From the NCBI GenBank assembly GCA_045106895.1, contig JBGCFM010000086.1:28645-92644 (forward strand): a DNA stretch of 64,000 nt, written 5' to 3'. The notes under the pieces are model-generated. The model saw only the letters and a list, made by a program, of their open reading frames with translations. It was not told the DNA's origin and searched no databases. Of this stretch, positions 57,123 through 64,000 are shown piece after piece (the stretch's first letter is position 1; each line of letters starts with the position of its first letter). This DNA comes from Polyangiales bacterium (GTDB lineage Bacteria; Myxococcota_A; Polyangia; Polyangiales; Houyiibacteriaceae). Made by a program: the position numbers and the translations under genes.

Positions 57123-57229
57123 GCTTCAGGAGTTAGCGTTCCCCTCTCGTGCCCGCAAGGGAAAGATCTTGCCAGGCCACCATCATTCGCACATTCGCGA
57201 CTCCGCGCAGCGCAGAGTGATACCTCGCG

Positions 57230-59419
57230 CTAACGAGTGTGACGCCGAAACGCGTCCGCCTGCTGCTCCCGACCGACGATAAAGAGGGGTGTCGCACTTC
57301 GGAGCTCTGAGGCCACAGCGGGGCTCGCTGGCGAGATCTCAAGGACGCCTGTCCGCGCGGCGCGCAGAGCCATCACGCGGGCATCAAGTCCATCACGCTC
57401 GCCTGAACTGTCCGCGTGGTCCTGAACCCGGCGAAGGCTTCGTTCCACGAGAGCAGGCAACCCTTCGACCTCCTCGTCGCTGAGCTCGAGGGCCACGGCG
57501 GCCCAGCTCGCAGAGCGGTCCCCACCGCCTTCGCTCCACCGGACGCGCAACCCCGCACGCCGGAACGCCGACGCCGCCTGCGACGCGTATTCGGACGCCG
57601 CTGCCTGGGTGCCAGTGGCTGCCCCGCCCGCTTGCCATGCGATGACGACACGCGAGAGCTCCCCGCTGTGCTCGGCCGGGACCAGGTTGGTCGCATGTTC
57701 TGCTGCGGTTCCAGGGCGGACGGCTTCCGGGGCCGCATCTCCAGGCGTGAGGCGCGCCGCCGCCGCGGAGGCAGACTCGACGGTCGCCTCGACGCCCACG
57801 TCGCCAACGATGGCGACGCGAAGTCGCTGCCGGGCCCGCGCCAGGGCGAGCCAGGGGCCATGCTGCGCTTCGGCGAGTCCATGCACGCTGCCCTCGGCGA
57901 CGACCCATCCAGGTGCCGCCGGCGATATCGCGTCGGCGAGCCACCTTCGCTCAGGGTTTCCGGCAGCGATGGCGTGGGCGACGCCGCGTGCCTCGCTCCA
58001 AGTGCCGGCGTTGATGGCGCTCGTCGCACACGCGAGGGTTTCTTCAACTCCTTGAGCATCACCCGGCGCAAGCGTCTTGGTGACACCGAAGAAATGAGCG
58101 CTGACGTGGGGAGTTGCGCCGCAAGCTCGAGCGATAGAGATCGCGGCGAGGGCATGGGCGCCATGTTCATCCGGCGAGTCTTGAGCTGCGCCGCCGTCCC
58201 ACACAACCGCCACGCCGACTTGTCCCGGCTGCCTGCGGACGAAGAGCGTCCCGCCTCCGGCGAATCGCCCCTGAGCGACGTTCTCATCCGCGTCGCCTTC
58301 GAACTCGATACCGTCTTGGCCGACGAGAGGCGCCAATAGAGCCTGGCAGGCCTCGATATCTCGCTCCGTTCGCTCTGCGCATACGCCGCCAATGCCCACT
58401 TGAAGCGCGGGTCCTTCGGCGGGCTCGGCGAGCCAGGTGTCCATGGCATCCGGCAGCCAGCTGCGGCGTTCCCGGCGGCGGGAGTGACCGAGCAGATGAC
58501 GCGCCGTTTGAACATGCGCCTCACCCATCTCGCCTTCGACTTGGATGGACGTGAGCACGATGGCCGCTCCGCGAACGCGAAAAAGTCGGGGGCGCCGGCC
58601 CTCGTGAGCCAGCGCCTCGGCGAAGGCGCGAGCGCGTTCAGCGTCGCGAAAACGAAAGGCGAGCCCGAGGGCATCCGCGCCGCCGGTCTCCACACGAAGT
58701 GAACGGGTCTCCGCGTTCGGCGGCGTCAGGGGAGGGCGGCTTTGCGTGCTGTCCGAGAGTGCGCTCGCGAGCGGGGCAGGATCGGGCTCACCGCTCAGGT
58801 TTCCTTCGAGACGAAGGAGCGCGCGAGCTCGACCGAAGTGGTCGTCGATATGTTCGCGGACGGCGCTTTGGGAGAGGTCCGCATCTTCGTCCGTTTGGGC
58901 GAGCGGGTGCAGGTCGCGACCCCAAGCGGCCGCGAGGGAAAGCGACTCCACGCGTCTTGAAGGAGTGCCGAGGTCCGCTTGCTGTGCCTGTCGAAGGCGC
59001 GCTCGGAGCTGCGCGTGTTCCTCGCCGGAGCTCTCACGGGTCAGCGCGTCGACCAAGGCGCGGATGCACTCTTCGGGGGTTGAGGCCGGGCACTCCGTGC
59101 GCAGCTCCGTGGTGTCGAGTCCCGCCCGCGCCTGCACGCTCGTCGTCTCACGAGACCACGCGCTCAGCGTTGCCAGCGCCGGAGGAGAGCTTTGGCGGCT
59201 CCCGACATCAAAGATAAGAGTCGCGACGAGCAGTTCGCCCGTGGGCCGGCTCATCTCAAAGATGGTCAGCCCGTCGACCTCACGGGCGGCGTCGGGCGTT
59301 GTCGGGAGAGTGCTCGTCGCGGAGCGTCCACCGCAGGCTGCGAGCAGCAGCACGAAAGCCGCTACACGTCGTTCTCCTCGCCGGCTCTGAGGCGCTCGAT
59401 ATTGCTGCGGTGTCGCCAT
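57230..59419 (-). CDS. Lipoprotein with a degenerate M16 (insulinase)-like fold
   Basis: Lipobox LAAC; IFDVGS and WDGGAAQD...GAHAL M16-like segments; no HxxEH motif; start uncertain. Confidence 0.55.
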   Translation of the reverse strand: MATPQQYRAPQSRRGERRVAAFVLLLAACGGRSATSTLPTTPDAAREVDGLTIFEMSRPTGELLVATLIFDVGSRQSSPPALATLSAWSRETTSVQARAGLDTTELRTECPASTPEECIRALVDALTRESSGEEHAQLRARLRQAQQADLGTPSRRVESLSLAAAWGRDLHPLAQTDEDADLSQSAVREHIDDHFGRARALLRLEGNLSGEPDPAPLASALSDSTQSRPPLTPPNAETRSLRVETGGADALGLAFRFRDAERARAFAEALAHEGRRPRLFRVRGAAIVLTSIQVEGEMGEAHVQTARHLLGHSRRRERRSWLPDAMDTWLAEPAEGPALQVGIGGVCAERTERDIEACQALLAPLVGQDGIEFEGDADENVAQGRFAGGGTLFVRRQPGQVGVAVVWDGGAAQDSPDEHGAHALAAISIARACGATPHVSAHFFGVTKTLAPGDAQGVEETLACATSAINAGTWSEARGVAHAIAAGNPERRWLADAISPAAPGWVVAEGSVHGLAEAQHGPWLALARARQRLRVAIVGDVGVEATVESASAAAARLTPGDAAPEAVRPGTAAEHATNLVPAEHSGELSRVVIAWQAGGAATGTQAAASEYASQAASAFRRAGLRVRWSEGGGDRSASWAAVALELSDEEVEGLPALVERSLRRVQDHADSSGERDGLDARVMALRAARTGVLEISPASPAVASELRSATPLFIVGREQQADAFRRHTR

Positions 59420-59940
59420 ACGATGAGAAGCGTCAGGGCGATGGTGAGGGCAAGAAAGGCAAACCGGCTCTGACTGAGTGCTTCATAGGTGATTATGCCC
59501 AAAGCGACCAGCGCGCCGCCGAGAGAACCCAGGCTCGCTTTCTTCGAGATTGCCTTCACTGCGAAGAAGGTCGTCAACGCGGCACCGCCCGCCAAGGGCG
59601 AAACCGCTAGAACCACGCCGACGCCAGTGGCTGCACCTTTTCCGCCGCGGAACCGGTGGAACACCGAGTAGCAATGGCCCACCGTGGACGCCGCACCTAC
59701 CCACGCGGCGGAAGCGTCGTCGAGGTAGTAGCGAGCGGCGAGGGTGGGGAGAAGCCCCTTGAGGAGGTCGAGAACCAAGACCGCGATGCCCGCGCCGGTA
59801 CCAAGGGTGCGCATCACGTTGGACGCGCCGGGGTTGCCGCTTCCTTCGCTTCGCAGGTCGACGCCTTGAGAGCGCGCGACGAGGATGCCGAAGAGAACGG
59901 AGCCGAGCAGGTACGCTCCAAAAGAAGCGACACCGGTCAT
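59362..59940 (-). CDS. plsY: Glycerol-3-phosphate acyltransferase PlsY
   Basis: YLLGS, GSGNPGASNVMR, DLLKG, GHCYS.F..FRGGKG, RHRSNI.RL; alternative GTG start at 59958. Confidence 0.95.
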   Translation of the reverse strand: MTGVASFGAYLLGSVLFGILVARSQGVDLRSEGSGNPGASNVMRTLGTGAGIAVLVLDLLKGLLPTLAARYYLDDASAAWVGAASTVGHCYSVFHRFRGGKGAATGVGVVLAVSPLAGGAALTTFFAVKAISKKASLGSLGGALVALGIITYEALSQSRFAFLALTIALTLLIVWRHRSNIERLRAGEENDV

Positions 59941-60009
59941 AAAAAAGGCGCGAGCCACACCGGAGCGTAGCCCGCGCCCCAAATTGAAGCGCCTCTTTTC
60001 CTCCGCGTA

Positions 60010-60609
60010 CTACGCGTGGAGCTGAGCGCGGAGGCGCGTGCGGATCTTGTGCTTCTTGGAGTAGACCGTCTTGACCGAGACGTTCATATCCGCCGCGACC
60101 TCTTCGGGGGAGAGCCCATCCACGTAGTAGAGCTCCATGAAACGCTGGTCCTTGCTCGAGAACTCGCTCATCGCGTCCCGAACTGCGCTCCAGGTCTCGC
60201 GGGCGACGAGGCGATCGAAGGGGCTGCTCGAAGCGCACGCCTGTTCCGAGACTTCCGTCAGCTCCGTGCACTGAGGTCGGCGGGAGACGCGTCGCAGATG
60301 GTCCCAGGCGGTGTTCGTCGCGATCATGCCGAGCCAAGTGCTCAGCTTGGTTCCGCGCTCGGGGCAGTACTGGTGGAGCTTACGGAAGTCGTTCTGGGCG
60401 ATACGCACCAGGAACTGAGCGAAGATCTCTTCGACGTCGTCTTCGGCGATGACGCTGCGGAAACGGGCCGTGACCTTGTGAATGCAGCGGTAGATGAGCC
60501 GGTCGTAGCGACGATGAAACTCCCGCCAAGCCTTGCCATCCGAAGCGATGAGGCGTGGGAGGAGTTCAAGTTCGGTCCACTCGGAAGGAGTAAGCATTCG
60601 GTCGGTCAT
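60010..60609 (-). CDS. ECF-type sigma-70 factor
   Basis: Region 2 (AWREFHRRY...LSTWLGMIATNTAWDHLRR) and region 4 (GLSPEEVAADMNVSVKTVYS). Confidence 0.92.
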   Translation of the reverse strand: MTDRMLTPSEWTELELLPRLIASDGKAWREFHRRYDRLIYRCIHKVTARFRSVIAEDDVEEIFAQFLVRIAQNDFRKLHQYCPERGTKLSTWLGMIATNTAWDHLRRVSRRPQCTELTEVSEQACASSSPFDRLVARETWSAVRDAMSEFSSKDQRFMELYYVDGLSPEEVAADMNVSVKTVYSKKHKIRTRLRAQLHA

Positions 60610-60621
60610 GGGGGTGGCTAA

Positions 60622-60637
60622 AGCACAGGGCGTGCCA
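60622..60637 (-). promoter_or_regulatory. sigma54 (-24/-12) promoter of the ECF sigma gene
   Basis: The minus strand reads TGGCACGCCCTGTGCT (GG-N10-GC). Confidence 0.7.
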
Positions 60638-60707
60638 CCGATCCTTCATGCCGAAATGATTCAGCTTTTCCGATTTCTGCTGCGATGCGTCACAGCGATC
60701 GCCATGG

Positions 60708-60749
60708 GTGTTACGCGTAACACTGTTTCGCCGGTGTTACGGTGTTGCG
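60708..60749. promoter_or_regulatory. Putative enhancer-binding protein sites
   Basis: Perfect palindrome GTGTTACGCGTAACAC (60708-60723) plus direct repeats GTGTTACG and GTGTTGCG. Confidence 0.55.
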
Positions 60750-60867
60750 ACGGGCAGGAACGCCCGCTTTTGACGCTTATTGGGCCCTGGGCATTTTCGA
60801 AAGGCGCTTCAAGAGAGACGATCGAAAAGCTATGGAACCTTCACCGATGTACCGTTGTCCTCCTTAC

Positions 60868-62070
60868 ATGCGAATTTCTTCCCTCTTCTTTTTGGGTCTC
60901 GTCGCTTTTGTCACAGCGGGCTGCGGCGCACGTGCGGCTCAGCCCACGACGCCGGCAGCGGTTCAGAACATCGAAGAGCTCCATATCGAGGCTCAATCCA
61001 CTCCGGAGGGCTACGTCTTCACGGCGTTCGATGCCGAGAGTCTCTTCCAAGAAGGGGTGCGCCTGAGCCGCGCCGGCGAGTGTCAGACCGGCCTCCAGCA
61101 CTATGACCGCGTGGCCGCGGATTTTCCGAGCAGCCGTTTCGCCGCGCCGTCTCACTACAACGCGGCGCTCTGTCTCAAGGAGACGGGAGACCTCGAGGGA
61201 GCGGTGGCCCGCTTTGAGCTGATGATCCGAAATTATCCGGAATCCGAGGACGTGCTCCACGCGCGCTTTCAGACCCTTGAGCTTCAGCTGCAGCTTGAGC
61301 AATTCGATGCCGGTCAAGCGATGGCGACGGCCGTTCTAGAGAACGAAGAGCTGACACCCGACCAGCGGGTCGAAGGAATGGCACGGCAGGCGCAGTTTCT
61401 CCTAGGCGCCGGAGACACGGACGCGGCTGCTCAGAAGGCGCGGGAAGCGCTCTCGTATGCCCGTCTTCGCCCGGATGACGACGAGGTCGTCGAAACATAC
61501 TTTCTAGCAGCGGCGAACTACGTCTATGCGGAGACGATTCGCCTGCGTGCGGCGGCGGTGGAGCTCCCCCAAGGCACCGTGGCGGTTCAGCGGCCCGTCC
61601 TTGAAGAGCGTGCGCGACTACTTCTGTCGGCTCAACGCGAGTATTTCGACACGATTCGTCACACCCACGCCGAGTGGGCCGCCGCCGCCGGGTACCAGAT
61701 CGGTGCGATGTACGATGCGTTCTGGGACGCGATCATGTCTGCGCCCGTTCCTCCGGCCTCCCCGCCGCTCACCGGCGAAGACCAGGTCTTTTACGAGAAT
61801 GAGTATAGGAACGCTCTCGCTTCATTGGCCAAACCGCTCATTCGTCACTCCATCCGCTATTGGGAACTCACCCTCGTGATGGTCGAACGAACCGGCGCAG
61901 AGTCCGAGTGGACCGAGAGAATCCACGCGGACCTCGAGCGCGCGAGGGCTCGTCTACTGGAGCAGCCGGACGGCCCGGGCGGCATACCGAGCCCCAATGC
62001 ACCTCCTCCCGCGGAGCCCTCCGGGGGCACGGAGTCAGGTCTCCGATATCCCACCGATGGCGCGATCTAG
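60868..62070 (+). CDS. Tetratricopeptide-repeat lipoprotein (BamD/CpoB-like repeats)
   Basis: Lipobox TAGC; AADFPSSRFAAPSHYNAALC and NYPES TPR patterns. Confidence 0.82.
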   Translation: MRISSLFFLGLVAFVTAGCGARAAQPTTPAAVQNIEELHIEAQSTPEGYVFTAFDAESLFQEGVRLSRAGECQTGLQHYDRVAADFPSSRFAAPSHYNAALCLKETGDLEGAVARFELMIRNYPESEDVLHARFQTLELQLQLEQFDAGQAMATAVLENEELTPDQRVEGMARQAQFLLGAGDTDAAAQKAREALSYARLRPDDDEVVETYFLAAANYVYAETIRLRAAAVELPQGTVAVQRPVLEERARLLLSAQREYFDTIRHTHAEWAAAAGYQIGAMYDAFWDAIMSAPVPPASPPLTGEDQVFYENEYRNALASLAKPLIRHSIRYWELTLVMVERTGAESEWTERIHADLERARARLLEQPDGPGGIPSPNAPPPAEPSGGTESGLRYPTDGAI

Positions 62071-62142
62071 TTCGCATCGCTGAGATTCAAAGACTCAGAA
62101 ACGCTTCTGGCTGGAGGCCGTGAATGCGCCTAGTCTGCGGCT

Positions 62143-63129
62143 ATGCCTCGTCTTGTTCCATTTCTCAGTATTCTCCTCCTCATCGCCTGCGGAGACGATG
62201 ACGCCTCGATGGATGCGGGCCCCATTATGGATGCGGGCTTCGATTCAAGCTCTGCAGAGGACGCCGGCGCGGACGCGGGTCCCTCGGACGCCGGCGCTTC
62301 GGATGCCGGTTCCGACGCGGGCCCTACAGACGCAGGCCCTCCAACGACCATTGGTGGAGAACGACCCGCTCGGGTCGCTGTTCCGCGGGACTACGACCCG
62401 GAAACACCGACACCTCTCCTCATTGTGCTTCATGGCTACACAGCCACGGGTGAGCTCCAGAATCTCTACCTTCGGACTGAAGCTGCGGCGGCGGAGCATG
62501 GAATGCTCCTGGTTCTGCCCGATGGACTCGAAGACGCCCGTGGCAACGGGTTCTGGAACGCCACACCCGCATGCTGCGATTTTGGCGGCACCGGTGTGGA
62601 CGACGTGGCCTACATTCGCAGTCTCATCGAGGAGGTTGGGGAGAGCTACAACCTCGATACGGGTCGCGTTTACCTCTATGGCCACAGCAACGGTGGATTC
62701 ATGAGCTACCGAATGGCCTGCGACGCAGCGGATGTCATCACAGCCATCGCTTCTTTGGCTGGCTCGGAGTTTCTCGACGAAGCGCGCTGCGAGCCTTCGC
62801 AGCCCGTCAGTACCCTACAGATTCACGGCACGGCGGACGAAACCATCCTCTACGAAGGTGGCGAGAACGCCGGCATCGGCTACCCGAGCGCTGAAGAGAC
62901 GACCGCGCGCTTCGGCGAGCGCAATGGCTGCACGGAGAGCGAGGCAGCGGAGAGCATTGACCTCGACTCCAGCCTCGACGGCGATGAAACGGCGGTGACT
63001 CGATACACGGGATGCAGCGAGGGCGTTGGCGCTGAGCTTTGGGCGATCGAAGGCGGCGAGCATTTGCCGACACTTCAGCCCGACGCTTCGGACCGGGTTC
63101 TCACATGGCTCGAGCAGTTTTCCCGCTAA
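62143..63129 (+). CDS. Alpha/beta hydrolase lipoprotein (PHB depolymerase/LpqC family esterase)
   Basis: Lipobox LIAC; DAG linker; LHGY, WNATPACC, GHSNGG, IHGTAD, GGEH. Confidence 0.88.
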   Translation: MPRLVPFLSILLLIACGDDDASMDAGPIMDAGFDSSSAEDAGADAGPSDAGASDAGSDAGPTDAGPPTTIGGERPARVAVPRDYDPETPTPLLIVLHGYTATGELQNLYLRTEAAAAEHGMLLVLPDGLEDARGNGFWNATPACCDFGGTGVDDVAYIRSLIEEVGESYNLDTGRVYLYGHSNGGFMSYRMACDAADVITAIASLAGSEFLDEARCEPSQPVSTLQIHGTADETILYEGGENAGIGYPSAEETTARFGERNGCTESEAAESIDLDSSLDGDETAVTRYTGCSEGVGAELWAIEGGEHLPTLQPDASDRVLTWLEQFSR

Positions 63130-63207
63130 GACAGCAGATTCTCCGTCCCAAACCTCGATTGATCCCAACGAGATGCGGAAATAGTGGTGCACGAGTGCCA
63201 ACGCTGC

Positions 63208-63236
63208 TTGACAGCCCCAGAACCGCACGTTACATG
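63208..63236 (+). promoter_or_regulatory. Putative sigma70 promoter of the tRNA-tuf operon
   Basis: TTGACA-N17-TACATG. Confidence 0.5.
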
Positions 63237-63302
63237 AGCCGCCCTTCGGGCCTTTTGCCGAAGGGTCATGGGCTCGCCCATGGGGGAGATGGTCCCCATC
63301 TC

Positions 63303-63375
63303 GCTGGTGTAGCTCAATTGGTAGAGCACCGGTTTTGTAAACCGGCGGTTGCGGGTTCAAGTCCCATTGCCAGCT
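63303..63375 (+). tRNA. tRNA-Thr(TGT)
   Basis: Cloverleaf; anticodon arm CCGGT-TT-TGT-AA-ACCGG; CCA not encoded. Confidence 0.93.
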
Positions 63376-63426
63376 TATTTCGACACAACATCTGGTTGTG
63401 TTTGTTCTTGAAAGTTCAATGTTTTC

Positions 63427-63511
63427 GGAGGGTTGCCCGAGTGGTCAAAGGGAGCAGACTGTAAATCTGCCGGCTACGCCTACGGTGGTTCGAACCCACC
63501 ACCCTCCACCA
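63427..63511 (+). tRNA. tRNA-Tyr(GTA)
   Basis: GCAGA-CT-GTA-AA-TCTGC, long variable arm, CCA encoded. Confidence 0.96.
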
Positions 63512-63558
63512 GGTTTCCCGTTTGGTGCTCGCAAGAGTGCCAAACGGGGACCGATTTT

Positions 63559-63634
63559 GCGGGAGTAGCTCAGTTGGTAGAGCGTCAGCTTTCCAAGCTG
63601 AACGTCGCCGGTTCGAACCCGGTCTCCCGCTCCA
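63559..63634 (+). tRNA. tRNA-Gly(TCC)
   Basis: TCAGC-TT-TCC-AA-GCTGA, CCA encoded. Confidence 0.96.
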
Positions 63635-63666
63635 GTGTTCGTCTTCCTACGGGGAAGGCGAACTTT

Positions 63667-63738
63667 GCCCAGATAGCTCAGTGGTAGAGCACCTCCTTGG
63701 TAAGGAGGAGGTCGTGAGTTCGAACCTCATTCTGGGCT
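63667..63738 (+). tRNA. tRNA-Thr(GGT)
   Basis: CCTCC-TT-GGT-AA-GGAGG; CCA not encoded. Confidence 0.95.
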
Positions 63739-63859
63739 CTAGTTGAGGGTGAGGCGCCTCGGCGCCGAGGGAACTTTTGAAAGTTCCCTCAAAGAAAAAT
63801 GTTTCGTGTCTTAACCGTGTTCATAAAGAGCGGTTCGATCCGCACCTGAGGTAGCTCAA

Positions 63860-64000
63860 ATGGGTAAAGAAAAGTTCGTTCGCAATAAGCCCCACGTCAA
63901 CGTTGGAACCATCGGTCACATTGACCACGGCAAGACCACACTGACGGCCGCCATCACGAAGGTGATGAGCGACATTCATGGCGGCGACGTCATTTCTTAC
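63860..64000 (+). CDS. tuf: Elongation factor Tu (5' part, runs off the window)
   Basis: SD gaggt; [33 protein letters not shown]. Confidence 0.98.
   Translation, partial: MGKEKFVRNKPHVNVGTIGHIDHGKTTLTAAITKVMSDIHGGDVISY

Noticed and set aside
63039..63746. Short ORFs across the tRNA cluster
   Set aside because: They overlap clear tRNA genes.

Overview
This is a GC-rich, densely coding chromosomal window. Gene content (GltJ/AgmX-type proteins, a zinc-ribbon Ser/Thr kinase, a PEGA/TPR protein, DAG-repeat lipoproteins, sigma54-type promoters) points to a myxobacterium, probably Polyangia/Sandaracinaceae-like; this is inference. Most of the window is core or housekeeping: hppD, tcdA, rlmN, der-era, lgt, transaldolase, Nudix hydrolase, NAD kinase, murA-hisG, lnt, comEA, pepA, etfBA, plsY, and a tRNA-Thr/Tyr/Gly/Thr cluster running into tuf. 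These genes are interspersed with many lineage-specific lipoproteins. I found no CRISPR array, prophage, transposase or recognisable defence system. The notable signals are mostly non-coding or architectural: (1) a sigma54-type promoter ahead of a small conserved-looking unknown gene plus comEA; (2) a probably leaderless sigma54 promoter with palindromic enhancer-like sites ahead of an orphan ECF sigma factor; (3) a Bacillus-type FadR box before tetR-etfB-etfA; (4) CTAG/CTAA-bounded inverted-repeat (MITE-like) elements at stop codons; (5) a recurring TANNNT-N5-7-start leaderless signature; (6) a membrane protein with three cytoplasmic kinase-type zinc ribbons, divergent from a GltJ-like gene; (7) a lipoprotein with a type-1 copper site in a kinase/PEGA locus; (8) a plant NADK3-like NAD(H) kinase; and (9) several apparent pseudo-enzymes. 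All family assignments come from motif recognition by eye; no database searches were run.
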